In this document: one piece after another, positions 26,160 to 38,300 of the stretch
How the letters are laid out: the number at the start of each line of letters is the position of its first letter
Numbering within the stretch: position 1 is the first letter of the stretch
Origin: Eledone cirrhosa
Taxonomy: Eukaryota
Reading direction: 5' to 3'
Assembly (NCBI GenBank): GCA_964016885.1
Contig: OZ024742.1
Coordinates: 84,754,001 to 84,818,000 of the forward strand
Length of the DNA stretch: 64,000 nt
The notes under the pieces: model-generated
Databases searched by the model: none
What the model was told of the DNA's origin: nothing
The model's input: only the letters and a program-made list of their open reading frames with translations
Position numbers and translations under genes: made by a program

Positions 26160-28490
26160 TGTAGTGATCCCTCAAACAACTCTGTACCATACTGTTTGTT
26201 TAACATGCTAATGGTTTGATTTTGGCAACCCCTTGCAGATATATCTTTATACTTACTGAGCTTTCCAAACACTTTTGAGGGGGTGATGCGATCTGATGGA
26301 ATGCTCATGTAAATTAAGAAACATGTTTTCTGTTTATTATTCTTCACAATTATAGCAGGCTTATAGGCCTGGATCGATCTGTCAGTATTCACGGGGAAAT
26401 ACCAGATTTTCACGTTCACCCTTCCTGTAACTGCATCTGAGTGAAAGTTGTACCATTTTGCCCCCGTTTTTAGACCATAAGACTTGCACGTTACACAGTG
26501 TATGTATAGCCCCACTTTATCATGCTTGATTTTATATTTCTCGGGAGCTAATACGTTGTAGTCCGAAAACAGGTGGCCAATTGTCTCAACATGGTCATCA
26601 AAGAATTGATACTTTGGTCAATTCATTTCTGATCACATTGGCTTGAAAGATCTGCGTTAAACGTTCACTGGTCTTGTATAGCCAAAATGAAGCCATATCT
26701 CTATCTGCCTTTAGCCATGATTTTGCAGCCACAGATAGGTGAGAGTTTTATCTATATATGGTTCTTTTCTACGGAGAACCTATTGACAATGCAGCAGTTT
26801 TTGCTCTCTTTTAGTGCACAGTCTCTGTTGAATTTCATGTTTTGCCAACGTTTTCATATTCTTTGCGGCTTTAATTGCAGAATCATCATCATTTTCAAAC
26901 TGTATTTCCAATTCTACCGAAAACTTCTTAAATTCCTTTGTAACTGTATGTAACCTCTTCTTCCTTTCGTGATCTGCAACCATTTACATTATCCAGTCAT
27001 CAGTGGTTTTAAGATACTGATTGAGTCCAATCGTCGATATACTGTATGGAAGTTCTAGCTGGATCATTCCTCTCCCTCCATTTTGTCTAGTGAGATAGAG
27101 GCGATCTACGTTTGGGTGATATATTCTATTATAGGTCAAACGTCTTCTGATTTTGTTGTCCGTTCACTTAATTTCGTTAACGTTCCAATTTAAACAGGGA
27201 TTGCAAGCGCATTTATGACAGATAATTTATTTCTCAAGTTAAGCTCCCTTTTCATTACAGCATGTAATTTTCGGTAGCATTTCTTTCTGATTCTCTCTTT
27301 TATGTTGGCGTGGTGAATACCTTGGCCTTCATTGATCCCTAGGTATCTGTAGGCTTGTTGTTGTTCTACTTACTTAATTAATGTATTCACGCTTTCAGAA
27401 TGTTTATGGTTCCTTGATCTGCTTTTGTACATTCTATTTCAGACCTAACACTTTAGCAATATAGGTACTTGCAGCGATGATTAAATCGTTGATTTCTGTG
27501 ATGGATCTGGTGTGTACCTTGTCAAGGATGTTATTTACGTTGATAACTATTCCTTTTATCTGACAGTGGTTTATTTTTTAATTATTTCAATTACTGTCTC
27601 CTGATTTAGAGATGCCCAATATACCAGTAATGATCTATCTGTCTTTTTATGATATATGATATATATACTTGAGTTCATCAATGTTCATGTCACCACCAGT
27701 ATCATCTCCAACATTCAGTTCCTCTTCTTCCTTTTCGTTTCCATTATTTACCATACTCTCATCTCTATATGAATCTCCGACACCCCGAGCTTCTATAGGC
27801 CCAACACCCTACTGGCTTTTCTTTTCCTTTATCATTTCCATCTCATTATAAGAAAGTCACCCGTTTTTTGCGTATTGCCCTTGCCTGATTATAAATTCAA
27901 TGTTTAGTTAATTCAAAGAGCTCAGTTCAAGCTACACTCATACCAACTGTTGTCGACATCCTCTAATTGGCACACCATATTCATTCACAGGCTTGCTTCT
28001 AAAATGACACACCACAGCGGCTTTGTTTACATCCTTACACAGCTATATTCTAGCAATGTCTAGCCGACGACCGGTCTTGCGTTGTTCCACCAGATGACCC
28101 CTGCCGGACAAAGCCCCTTCACTAGAAGATCCAGCACCATTCACGTCTTTGTGTAAACAAATGTTTTGATTCATTTCACTCATTGAGGTAAGTCATTTTA
28201 ATGTTCCTCTACGAATTCTTTTTCAGATATCATCTCTAGAGAGTAACGTAAACGACATTAAAACCTCAAACCTTAAAATATAAGTGGCTATCCTGCGCTG
28301 GTTACACATCCAGTATTTTCTACTCCGCAACTAGACAGTTTAACATTTATGGATGGCCGTTGACTTTCCAGAGTTCCTCTGCCCTTTGATGAGATTTGCT
28401 TTTCATCCAACAGGTTGTCCAAACACGACCCTCCTCACCAAGCAAACATGGTGGGTTTGCTGGTTTAGTCACCGACGCTTCGATCAATTA
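26160..28490 (-). mobile_element. old, internally deleted R4/Dong-like RT-RLE element (third family)
   Basis: ORF 26123-26515 (KWY..H, TDRSIQAYKPAIIV, LIYMSIPSD, KLSKYKDI); YRYLGI near 27340; DRLY...GGRGMIQL near 27060-27110; 5' UTR-like segment to about 28490. Confidence 0.75.
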
Positions 28491-29298
28491 TCATCATTAT
28501 TATTTCCACCGAAAACCACCACCACCACCACCACCACCACCACCACCACCACCCACAACAACAACAATATTATTTCCATATACGTAGTTATCCTCAGCAA
28601 CGCTGTTCTTTTATCCGCTAGCCCTCCCTCCCAGTGCCTATACCACCTCGAGATGTCTAACTTGATTTCATTTAAACAGTATCCCAGTCATAGTGAGCTA
28701 TTTCAAACCTGTCTCTGGGGCTAGTGGACCATATTGTTTTGTTATTCGAATGAAAAAAAAAAAATGTTATTATCATTCATATTACTTCCTTGGTCTACCA
28801 GAGACGCCTGGTGGTGAGATGGGTGTTGGGGGGGGGGGGGGGTATCTGGGGTTTGCTGAGAGGTGTTGCCAACAGTAAGCCTACGTAAAAAAATTATTAA
28901 AACTTTATCGATACATTAATCAGTCGCCCAGTTCAAACCTCAAGTCAATGGGTGAATGTGTGTCTCTTTGGGTGTATCCGTGCCCATGCCCGTATGTGCA
29001 CATGTGTGTAGATGTGTCTATATGTGTGTATAGATGTGTGTGCGCCTCATAGGAAAAACATAACTGCGTTCAACTAAATGACCCAGGGTAGAAAACACAT
29101 TTCAACTGAAGTCTGATACTTCAAAGAGATTAAGAACCCATTCAATGCACCATAAGTGTACTTTGTTTTCATTTATATGATTTTTTTTTAAATTTTCATT
29201 TCGTGTTACTTCATATCACTATCATATACAACGGTACGCCATATACACATTAATTTCCTTTTTTACTATTTTACTCTTTTTCTATTTTACTTTCATTA

Positions 29299-29885
29299 TG
29301 GATTGGCAGTATCGGTAGAGCGTCAGACACCATGTTTTACAGCATAGAGTTATGGCCCTTTACGTTCTGAGTTCAAATCCCGCCGAGGTTAACTTTGGGG
29401 TCGATAAAATAAAGTACTAGTAATGCACTGAGATAATTGCTGGCCATGTGCCAAAAGTAGAAACAATTATATTATATAGAATTATATTTTATATTTATTT
29501 ATTCTCTCATATTTATTTATCATTATTGTCCCTTTACGATCTGAGTTCAAATCCCGCCGAGGTTGACTTTGCCTTTCATCCTTACGGGGTCGATAAAATA
29601 AAGTTCCAGTAATGCAGTGGGTAATTGCTGGCTTTGTGCCTAAAGTAGAAACAATTATTTATGATATATATATATATTTATGATATATATAGGGCGGTGG
29701 ATTGGCAGTATCGGTAGAGGGTCGGCCGCAATGTTTTGAAGTATAGAGTTACCTCCCTTTATGATCTGAGTTCAAATCCCGCCGAGGTTAACTTTGCCTT
29801 TCATCCTTACGGGGGCAATAAAATAAAGTACCAGTAATGCACTGGATTAATTGCTGGCCTTGTGCCAAACGTAGAAATAATTATT
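29299..29885 (+). mobile_element. three tandem copies of the tRNA-derived SINE (29299-29470, 29530-29660 partial, 29693-29885)
   Basis: Repeated CTGAGTTCAAATCCCGCCGAGGTT...GGGGTCGATAAAATAAAGT...AGTAATGCA units. Confidence 0.9.
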
Positions 29886-30174
29886 TATGATGTTTCATTT
29901 TCACATTCTACTATTTATTCGTGAACGTTTTTGATTTTGTATTTATAGGCCCCAGGGCTACCTCCTTACTCACCACCTTAGGCGCTGAGCTAGCCAGCCG
30001 CAGGTGTGAGTCCCGTGAGTTGGAGTGGCTTTTCCAGCGCGACTCTCTTGCCATCCTCCGGGGAAACGCCTTCTCTATTCTGTCCGCCGGGTCTGTGGGT
30101 GGGCCCCATCGCGTACCGTTGTAGTTGTTGTATACAGATATGAACATATCAATCCCATTGTCCTAACTCCACAA

Positions 30175-30225
30175 AATGTGTTCTTGAGCAAGACACTTCA
30201 CTTCACATTGCTCCAGTACACCTAG
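30175..30225 (+). mobile_element. fragment of a second SINE type
   Basis: GTGTTCTTGAGCAAGACACTTCACTTCACATTGCTCCAGT resembles a common SINE central domain. Confidence 0.45.
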
Positions 30226-30960
30226 TTACACATAGACATATACATACATACACATATATTACATTTATCATAACCTTACCATTATATCTTTATTTTATTT
30301 CCATTTTTTATATTTGACTTTATTTTTGGCTCCTTCATCTCACAATTTTAACTTATTTCATTATATCTTTTTATGTTTGGCATCATCTACCATCTCCTAC
30401 CTATTACTTCCCACTTTTTCTCCCTTTTTATCTCCCTCTTTTCTTCTATTATCTTCCTGTTCTCTTGCAACCCCTTTACGTTTATCTCCTATTCCTACTT
30501 ACCAACCATTACTCCTAACCTTCAAGTCCTCACCCACTTCACTCTTATCTACTCTGTCTACTACTAGATACGCTCAACACTTCTCTTAACACCCTTCTTA
30601 TCCTTAGTCCCAGTTCGTTTCTCTTTCTTGCTCCCCCTCCTTATTCCCCTTCCCTTTCTGTTTTCTTTTCATCTAGTGTCTTTTCCTGTCTATCTCTTCC
30701 CTTCTCTTCATAACTCTAATTTTGCTCCAACCAACCAAAACAAAGGACAAAGGAACACCTCAAGTGAATAGGAATGGTAATTTAAAGCTGTCCGCAGATA
30801 TCCCACGTCATTAAGGAATCCACAAATCTGGTGAGCTATTGATTCCAGAGTAAGGCTCGAACGATCGCACCTTCAGCAGATCAATCGCGAAACGCGCGTT
30901 ACACCTGAATAAACTTAATGATGATACTTTCATACTTCGTTCCTACTCATTATATATACA

Positions 30961-31200
<240 letters not shown>

Positions 31201-31215
31201 ATATATATATATATA

Positions 31216-34200
31216 CTCGCAGCTGAGCCCAGTTGCACTCGGCTCTACTCGGGGCCACTTTTTATTAAGTTAATAAGTTGAGGGGCGACGTGAAGAGAGT
31301 GGTTTGACAGAGAGACGTTGGGTGGAGTATGGTTCAAAGATGTTATTGCAGGGCTTCTTTGTAGACAACGTTCTTGATGTTGCCCGGGTTACAACAAATG
31401 GAGAGACTGTGTGGACTGCCGGCGCGGGAGCATCCGACGTATAGTTGATCTGCTGTGTTAGATTTGGGCCAACCACTGGAAGCGATTGTCCTTGTGCTTT
31501 GTTAATGCTCATTGCAAAGCAGTGTTTTATGGGAAACTGCCGTCGCGTAAATTCATAGGGGACGTCAGAGGAACTAAGGCTCATAGTGGTAATTAACCTG
31601 GTCACGCCAGCAGCGGGTCCGCTCAAAATGGTTGTCTCCAGAATGTGGGTCCTTATTTTTTTTATGATTAAACGCGTTCCATTGCATAGTTCTGGTGCAT
31701 CCAGTATTCTCAGCAGCATAACTGGCACACCAACCTTCAGTTTCAGATCATGAGGAGGGAGACCTGGAGGCAGTTGACTGTTGAGGAATTCAATTGGGTA
31801 GATGACGGCGTCGTCCGCGTTTTTATTGGTGTCAATCGACTTGAAGGAGACTTCATTTCCGGGAATCTGATCGAGTAGTTTTTGGTTCATCACGTCAATA
31901 GTGGCATTGTGTGGTGCCAAAATAGCTCTCCCTTTCAGCCAGGTGTGGTCATGGAATCGTGATTCAAGGTCTTGAAATACAGGTGACATTAATTCGTCAA
32001 TGTTTGACACAAAGTTCCCAAAAGGCAAACGGATATGCTCTTCATCCACTCCAGGTGTAGTTCCATTGCCAAATTCCAGTAGATGTTTTGAGAAATCGAT
32101 GGAGTCTGCGTCACCATGCACATGCACTCTCATGTTGGTAGTCAGATGTAGTTTGTGGACAAACTGCCATACGTAGGACGACTTGATGAATGCGATCACT
32201 TCGTCAGCTCTAGTGCCTCTAGTGATAACAGGAAGAGTCTCTCTGAAATCGCCAGCCAGCAGTACTGTCGCTCCACACATGACGCGTGAGTTCCGACGCA
32301 TGTCCTTGAGAGTGCGATCCAGAGCCTCAAAGGCCGCCTTGTGACTCATGGTAGCCTCGACCCATATGATCAGGCAGCACTCAGAAAGAAGATGTGCTTT
32401 AGTGTCGCAACGATCTATTCTACATGTAGAATTCTCCTTCTTTGCAATGTCCAAAGGCAATTTGAATGCGGCGTGTGCCGTACGCCCGCCATGTAACAGT
32501 GTCGCCGCTATACCACTGGAGGCGACCGATAAAGCAATCCGTTTGTATTTTCGTAGCTTCGCAAGCAAAAGGTTGATGAGAATTGTTTTTCCTGTTCCGC
32601 CAGGAGCATGCAAGGAATATAGCCGTCCCTCATTTGAATTGACACTGGAGAGAATTCTGTCATATGCCCGTCTCTGGTCATGCACAAGTCTGAATTCGTC
32701 CTGAGCTACCTGATGTGTCATATCGTCAATGTTGTAATTTAACTCACGCATGAACTCCACATCTAAAGCACTGTGAGTGTTTTGAGGTTGTGGAAAACCG
32801 AAATCAGATACACCACCAACTCCAAGAACTTTAAGATGGTTGTCCATGTCGATGACGGCCTCATTGTAGACCGCGTCGTTGAAAGCAAAGCCAGCCGCTG
32901 GATCTTCTGCTCATGGTCTACAGAGAATGTCCTCTGACATGTTGTCTTTATGCGTTTCCCAAAGCTTAAAGGGCTCACCTATGCCGCAGAACAATAGCAT
33001 TATGCAAAACAGACGTCTCATTTCTCGAAGCATCTTACATTCAGGAGTCTCTGTCAACGCCACATTCAGGTGGGCATCATCTTCGAGTAGTCCGTGCTCA
33101 CGCACGTGTCCCTGTAACTGGAACAATGGTTGCCATCGAAAAGAGTTAGGTCGGCGAATGACTTGGGCCCTTTGATTTGATGCAGCAACATTCGCAGGAA
33201 AAAGCATTCTTGTTGCTTCGGATGAACAGTGTACACGCGTCCGATGGCATTACTTCTGAAGACACCTACCCAATCCTCAACTTTTTCCCCTTGTTGTTCG
33301 ACCAAGAGAAGTAGATAGGTACATCGACCTAAAAAAGGGTAACTGCAAGCGTATCGCCAAAACATAGCCTAAAAAATGCAGTACGCATCGTCTCAGGGGG
33401 ATGATGCGGTTCCCTCAGTGAAATAAACGCGTTGGCCATTCTCTAAGTGAACATCCAAGTTAACAACCGCTGGAGAGCACCTGTGAATTTCAAGCCCCAA
33501 AATGCGCCAAGCCGCCATATTGGACGAAATGTATCTTCCCATCATGAACTGAGTAATTTCGTCTTTTGATTCTACGCCCTCAATGAGGCCAACCACCACC
33601 ATGTCGCCGCCTTTGTTGATGTATTTGCAGATGTATTTAATGCTTTTAACAGATGTGCAGGATTCCACATTGATTTGAGCATTAAATATTTTAGCAAGCA
33701 AACGGCTGTAAGGCACCACCCAGCTGTTGTCAATGTCGTATTCTTTCGCTTTCTTCTTAATCCTAGCCGAAAGCCGCCAAATTCGGGAGCACGCCGCCGG
33801 TAGATGGGGAAGCCGTCAACCCCAGTGCAGGTTTCCCTGGTCAAGGCTCTGGGGCAGTGTTTGGTGCACTCGTTCCCCTCCATGCATGAATTGTTGGCTG
33901 TTAAGGGCACCACAGAGTCCATGTATCATATTAGCCAGCACAATGTTGTAAAGCTGCAAACCAATTTGGGGATCGGGCAACTCTGCACATATAACGCGAT
34001 CAATGTCCGTAGGTCTGATTCGTTCTTTGCACCAAAAAAGAATATGTGCGTGTGGAACACCCCGCTTCTGCCATTCCACAGTATATATCCAAGCATTGAG
34101 TTTTCCGTAGATGGCGTTATCTTTCAGCAAGCACATTAATCTCTTCAACTTTACGTGGAAGACTCTGGCTGTAATATCATGCCTGTCACTCGTCACCTGC

Positions 34201-35160
34201 CCCGCGAATAAATTCTCCTTAATCTCCACCCAATTAAGATTATATGTGAAGGCAATAAAAAGATCCCGCCGCCCAAACTTACAGACATACGCCATGGCAT
34301 CCTATGTCCGTTTATGCATGTACTGGGGTGAGCCACTAAAGCTTGAAGGAAAGATCACCTGATGCTCAACATTGGTTACGTCACCGTCACGCTGCAAAAC
34401 ATCCTTAAGATGAGCGTATTGAACCCTTCTTAGATCTTTTTGATGGGTACGTATGTACAGAAGACGGTCCGCTTCAATATTTGCGTACATATCAACCAAG
34501 AACTGGTTTGTCACCACTTTGAACCTAAGTAGTTGGTTGAATTGACCGTCTCTCATCATGAGTCGGTATGCATAACAATTCATGCTGGAAACTTTCTTTG
34601 TTAAAGCAGCAAGAATTTTCGGATCAATTGTGGGAATCTCGAAGTTGTAGCCTTCCTCGCCGTAGGGAAAAAGAAGAGGGTACTGCAAGCAATCGTACGA
34701 CCGATGGGTTTCTGCAACCAACGTCAGTCTGATATTGCGATGGTGAATGATGATGTCACGTGCACCATGATTTTCGTCAACCATGATTGCTGCTACCTCA
34801 TTGGTAGTTGGAGCGTTGAAACATCCAGGATGCCCACCCGCAGGTCGTCTGTCGGCTCTGATGACCAATTTCATCTCATGTCTAGAGTTCAAAAGCTCCA
34901 AAGCACTCTTTAAGTCACGGACGTACGGATAGGTTGCATGGGGCATAGTTTCAAGTTCCGCAACAATGATTCCGTCAACAGATGAATTGATCTTGCATCT
35001 TTGGGAAACTTCCTCATCATTCCCGCCCATGAAGAATACCTGGAGGAATTTTGGCTCCTCGCCTAGCTGTGGGGGAAGGCTTCCCATTAGGTGGTAACAC
35101 TGACCTTGAATTTTGAGACTGCCCGTTGCGCCATGCGAACTGTTGCCTACGCACATACGT
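31216..35160 (-). mobile_element. Helitron, decayed Rep/PIF1-helicase (RepHel), 5' part missing, 3' terminus present
   Basis: HUH Rep motifs DLFIAFTYNLNW, YTVEWQKRGVPHAHILFW, SIKYICKYINKG; helicase motifs APGGTGKT, GGRTAH..FKLP, LAGDFRETLPV, LCNGTRL, RRQFPIKHCFAMSINKAQGQS; subterminal hairpin 31225-31245 and CGAG|T end. Confidence 0.95.
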
Positions 35161-35438
35161 CTGTATAAGATAGAATGTAACAAGTGAACCAATACTATAT
35201 AGGTAGCACAATCCGGCCATTGCACATCCGGATCAAGGAACACACTAAAACCAGGGCCTCGTCTTTCCGGAAACACATAGCCAAATGCGGAAACAAAGAC
35301 GGAAGGCCCATTGTCATAATTCTAGCGACAGAAAGAAACGTCGGCACGTTACGTATCAAGTAAGCACTTTGGATCAAACGCCTAGGGCCACAACTAAACA
35401 ACCGATCCGAGAGAAGCGAAATGAGGTGGTTGGTTTAA
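35161..35438 (+). pseudogene. Penelope-type GIY-YIG endonuclease C-terminal fragment
   Basis: Manual translation: LYKIECNK / YYIGSTIRPLHIRIKEHTKTRASSFRKHIAKC...TLRIK*ALWIKRLGPQLNNRSERSEMRWLV*. Confidence 0.85.
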
Positions 35439-36092
35439 TTTAACAAACGATGCAGCAACAGACGCACACACACAAGCGAGACAGCAACACACGCACACAC
35501 ACACACACACACAGTAGCATTCCACCATACGAACATACTACACTGCCAATACAGAGGGACAAGGCAACAACACACGCACACACACACACAAGCGAGACAA
35601 CAACACACGCACACACAGTAACATTCACCAAACAGGGAGAGAATGGACTGACAACTAGCGCCACCCACTCCCACAATTGAAAGAACTACTTCGGGCGCAG
35701 ACCTCTGCCTGACCGACCCCATTTCACGCGCACGCGCGCTGTGCTGAATACCTCACATTTTCAACACAACGAACAGCGGAGGACACGTTTCGCACCTTTC
35801 TGACAGTCAACCTTTCCCCTGCCCCGGATAAAAACCCCAGTTGATGGATGTGAATCCGAAATATATAGGGACAATTAAATCTCTCCCAAGGTAACTCTTT
35901 CTCGTGTTGTTATTTTTATTTTACCCTTTACGTTCTTTCCTTCATTAATCTACACGTTACAGTCTTATACACGCCACGCATCTCAACGTACACCCACTTA
36001 CATCTCTCTCTCCACCACCGAATCTTGTTACCCGCAGATTTACGATCTGCATTGTCGAGGCTTCCAAACGACTTAAAGAAATATATATATAT

Positions 36093-36660
36093 ACATCATA
36101 AAAAGGTAATTTCAACCTTGAGTATCAACGCATTCCTTAAGGTGGTCTCTTTAAGAGTAACCAGTATAATAAAACCCCTACCATAACATTGTGATTAAGA
36201 TATCTACAAACCGCTCTCTCCTATTTCTCCAACCCCTGCATATCTTTCTCTCTCTCTCTTCCTCTCCCCTTCTTTTCTCTCTTCCTTTTCTACTCCATCT
36301 TCTCCAATAACCTCACTTAAGGGTATGGACATTGTACATTTTAACCATTCTGCTCTGATGATACAGTGGTCACAGCATTTGATAATTGAATTTTGCAAAT
36401 AGTTGTAAATTTGCACATAGCATAACTAGGCTGTACAACCACCGTGGAAACATTTGTAAGCACACGGAATAAATTACCTTTTTATGATGTCTACCTGTTA
36501 TTATTCATTCTTTATCTACACTCCGGAATACAGAAGGATCCGGAACTAAGTTTCTTCAACAATTCTTCCATAACTCGTTGAGTAACCTCTCACCGTACGT
36601 CAACTCTATCCAGTGTAGTAATTAACCATTACTGCATCTAGGATAATCATATACCTAATA
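36093..36660 (+). mobile_element. ORF-less hammerhead-bearing element between (TA)n tracts, with a short 5' inversion
   Basis: Perfect 20-bp inverted repeat 36093-36112/36471-36490; hammerhead at 36351-36462 followed by AATAAA. Confidence 0.65.
36351..36462 (+). ncRNA. type I hammerhead ribozyme motif with enlarged stem II
   Basis: UGCU-CUGAUGA-UACAGUGGU...ACCACCGUG-GAAA-CAUUUG-UA-AGCA; intact core, GUA cleavage triplet. Confidence 0.8.
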
Positions 36661-36880
36661 TATATATATATATATATATAACATTTTTGCGCTACAAGGT
36701 TGAATACAAGAATACAATAAATGTAATACCCAGAAACATTAGTGTCTGCAGTTCTGTTTACATGGCGACACAAGAGCAAGAATGAGGGGCTCATTCTACT
36801 GACATGGCTTTAAAAATGAGGCCTAATTGCATTGCAAACGAATCGAATATTATTATTAATATTCGAAAAACTCGGGTTAC

Positions 36881-36957
<77 letters not shown>

Positions 36958-37599
36958 CATATATATATATAATAATAATAAGTTGACTAGCATATGTTTC
37001 ACTGCTAGTACCGGTTGCACACACATACACACACACACACATACACACACACCACTCACACACACACATATATATACGCTTAAATTTGGTGGTTTACCAC
37101 TGTGTAGTTATTCTACAATGTTACCCATGACGTAATATCATAAAAGTACTCGACGTGTGTACCTCATCCATTTTGGTGATGAATCATGTTGGTAGTGCTG
37201 GAACCGAGTCAACTATATTAAGAAATAAAATGACAGGAGGCCAAATATGTTGAATCTCATTAAATATTTATAACTGCAAACACTATGCACATTTTAGTGG
37301 ACAGGTTGCGTAAGAACCCCGTGACATCTCCAGGTGTAAATTACATTATAGATGTATACTAACGGAAAGATGGTAAACAAATTCCGAGAGGCTTTAAGGA
37401 AATAAGGAAAGAAAAAACAGTGAAGAAAAAAGTTTGTTTATGTTTTTGACCCAAAGTCTATCGTAGCAGAATGGTGTTATTATGCCCCACCGTCACTGAG
37501 TGAATTATCTTCAACATATCCTTCCTGTTAGTTTGCTAAGCAGGTAGTGGGGGTGTATTGTTTGCCTCTCAAATCTAACAATATTCGGACAGCAGGCCA

Positions 37600-38300
37600 G
37601 AAAAGGGGGAGGTGTGAAGAATATTGTGTTACAGAGAATATCGTGTTACAGAGAATGGTAACCTGCCTGGGTCAAGCTAAGGTTTATACTCTCATGGAAG
37701 GTATACTACAGACGGGGCGAATTTAGGAATATATCAAGTAGAGAAAATTCAGAACTTAAAAGAAATTAAAGTTTAAAATTGCTTAGAAGTTAAAGTTAGT
37801 GTTAATTTTAGGAATGGAAAATTAAAATTGAATGTTTAAAAATCTTTAAAATTTAATTAAATAAGTAGACTCCGTTCAGTTGGCCGGTTAAGTACTGTCT
37901 GTTAGGCAATCACCAATTAGAAAGACCAGTTACGTTAATGATTCTAATTAGAGAATTGTGTCAACCAGAGACCTAATAAACAAAAACATAATATTAATTA
38001 AGCTAAGCCAAGTCACTATCAGCTTTGGATTCTTCTCGTAGTTCAATGTTATATTTCTATGGAGTGTGAGATAGCATCGCACTATACTATATAAGTAATA
38101 TGGCGGTTAATAACAACTGAAAATGGCGACACCCCCAATACACAGAGGGCACAAAAGCCTACCGACCGTTTCGAGTATTATGGTATATCGTAAAAATGGA
38201 AATGTAATTTATTTCCAAGCACTCAAGGAAGGTAGACAGACCTAGGCGCCCTTAATGCAGCTAGAAAGGTCTTCACCGCCAGCCAGTGACGTAATATATA
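37600..38300 (+). mobile_element. possible ancient LTR-retrotransposon remnant (PPT, LTR, PBS, gag start)
   Basis: Purine tract AAAAGGGGGAGG followed by TGT at 37613; AATAAA near 37975; TGGCG at 38101; RFEYYGIS*KW gag-like peptide near 38167. Weak evidence. Confidence 0.3.

Noticed and set aside
29299-29885. Regularly repeated units resembling a CRISPR array
   Set aside because: Units are 130-190 bp SINE copies in eukaryotic DNA, with no unique spacers or cas genes.
34302-35276. 324-aa ORF as a novel Helitron N-terminal domain
   Set aside because: The first ~39 codons are the antisense of a GIY-YIG fragment, so the fusion is incidental.
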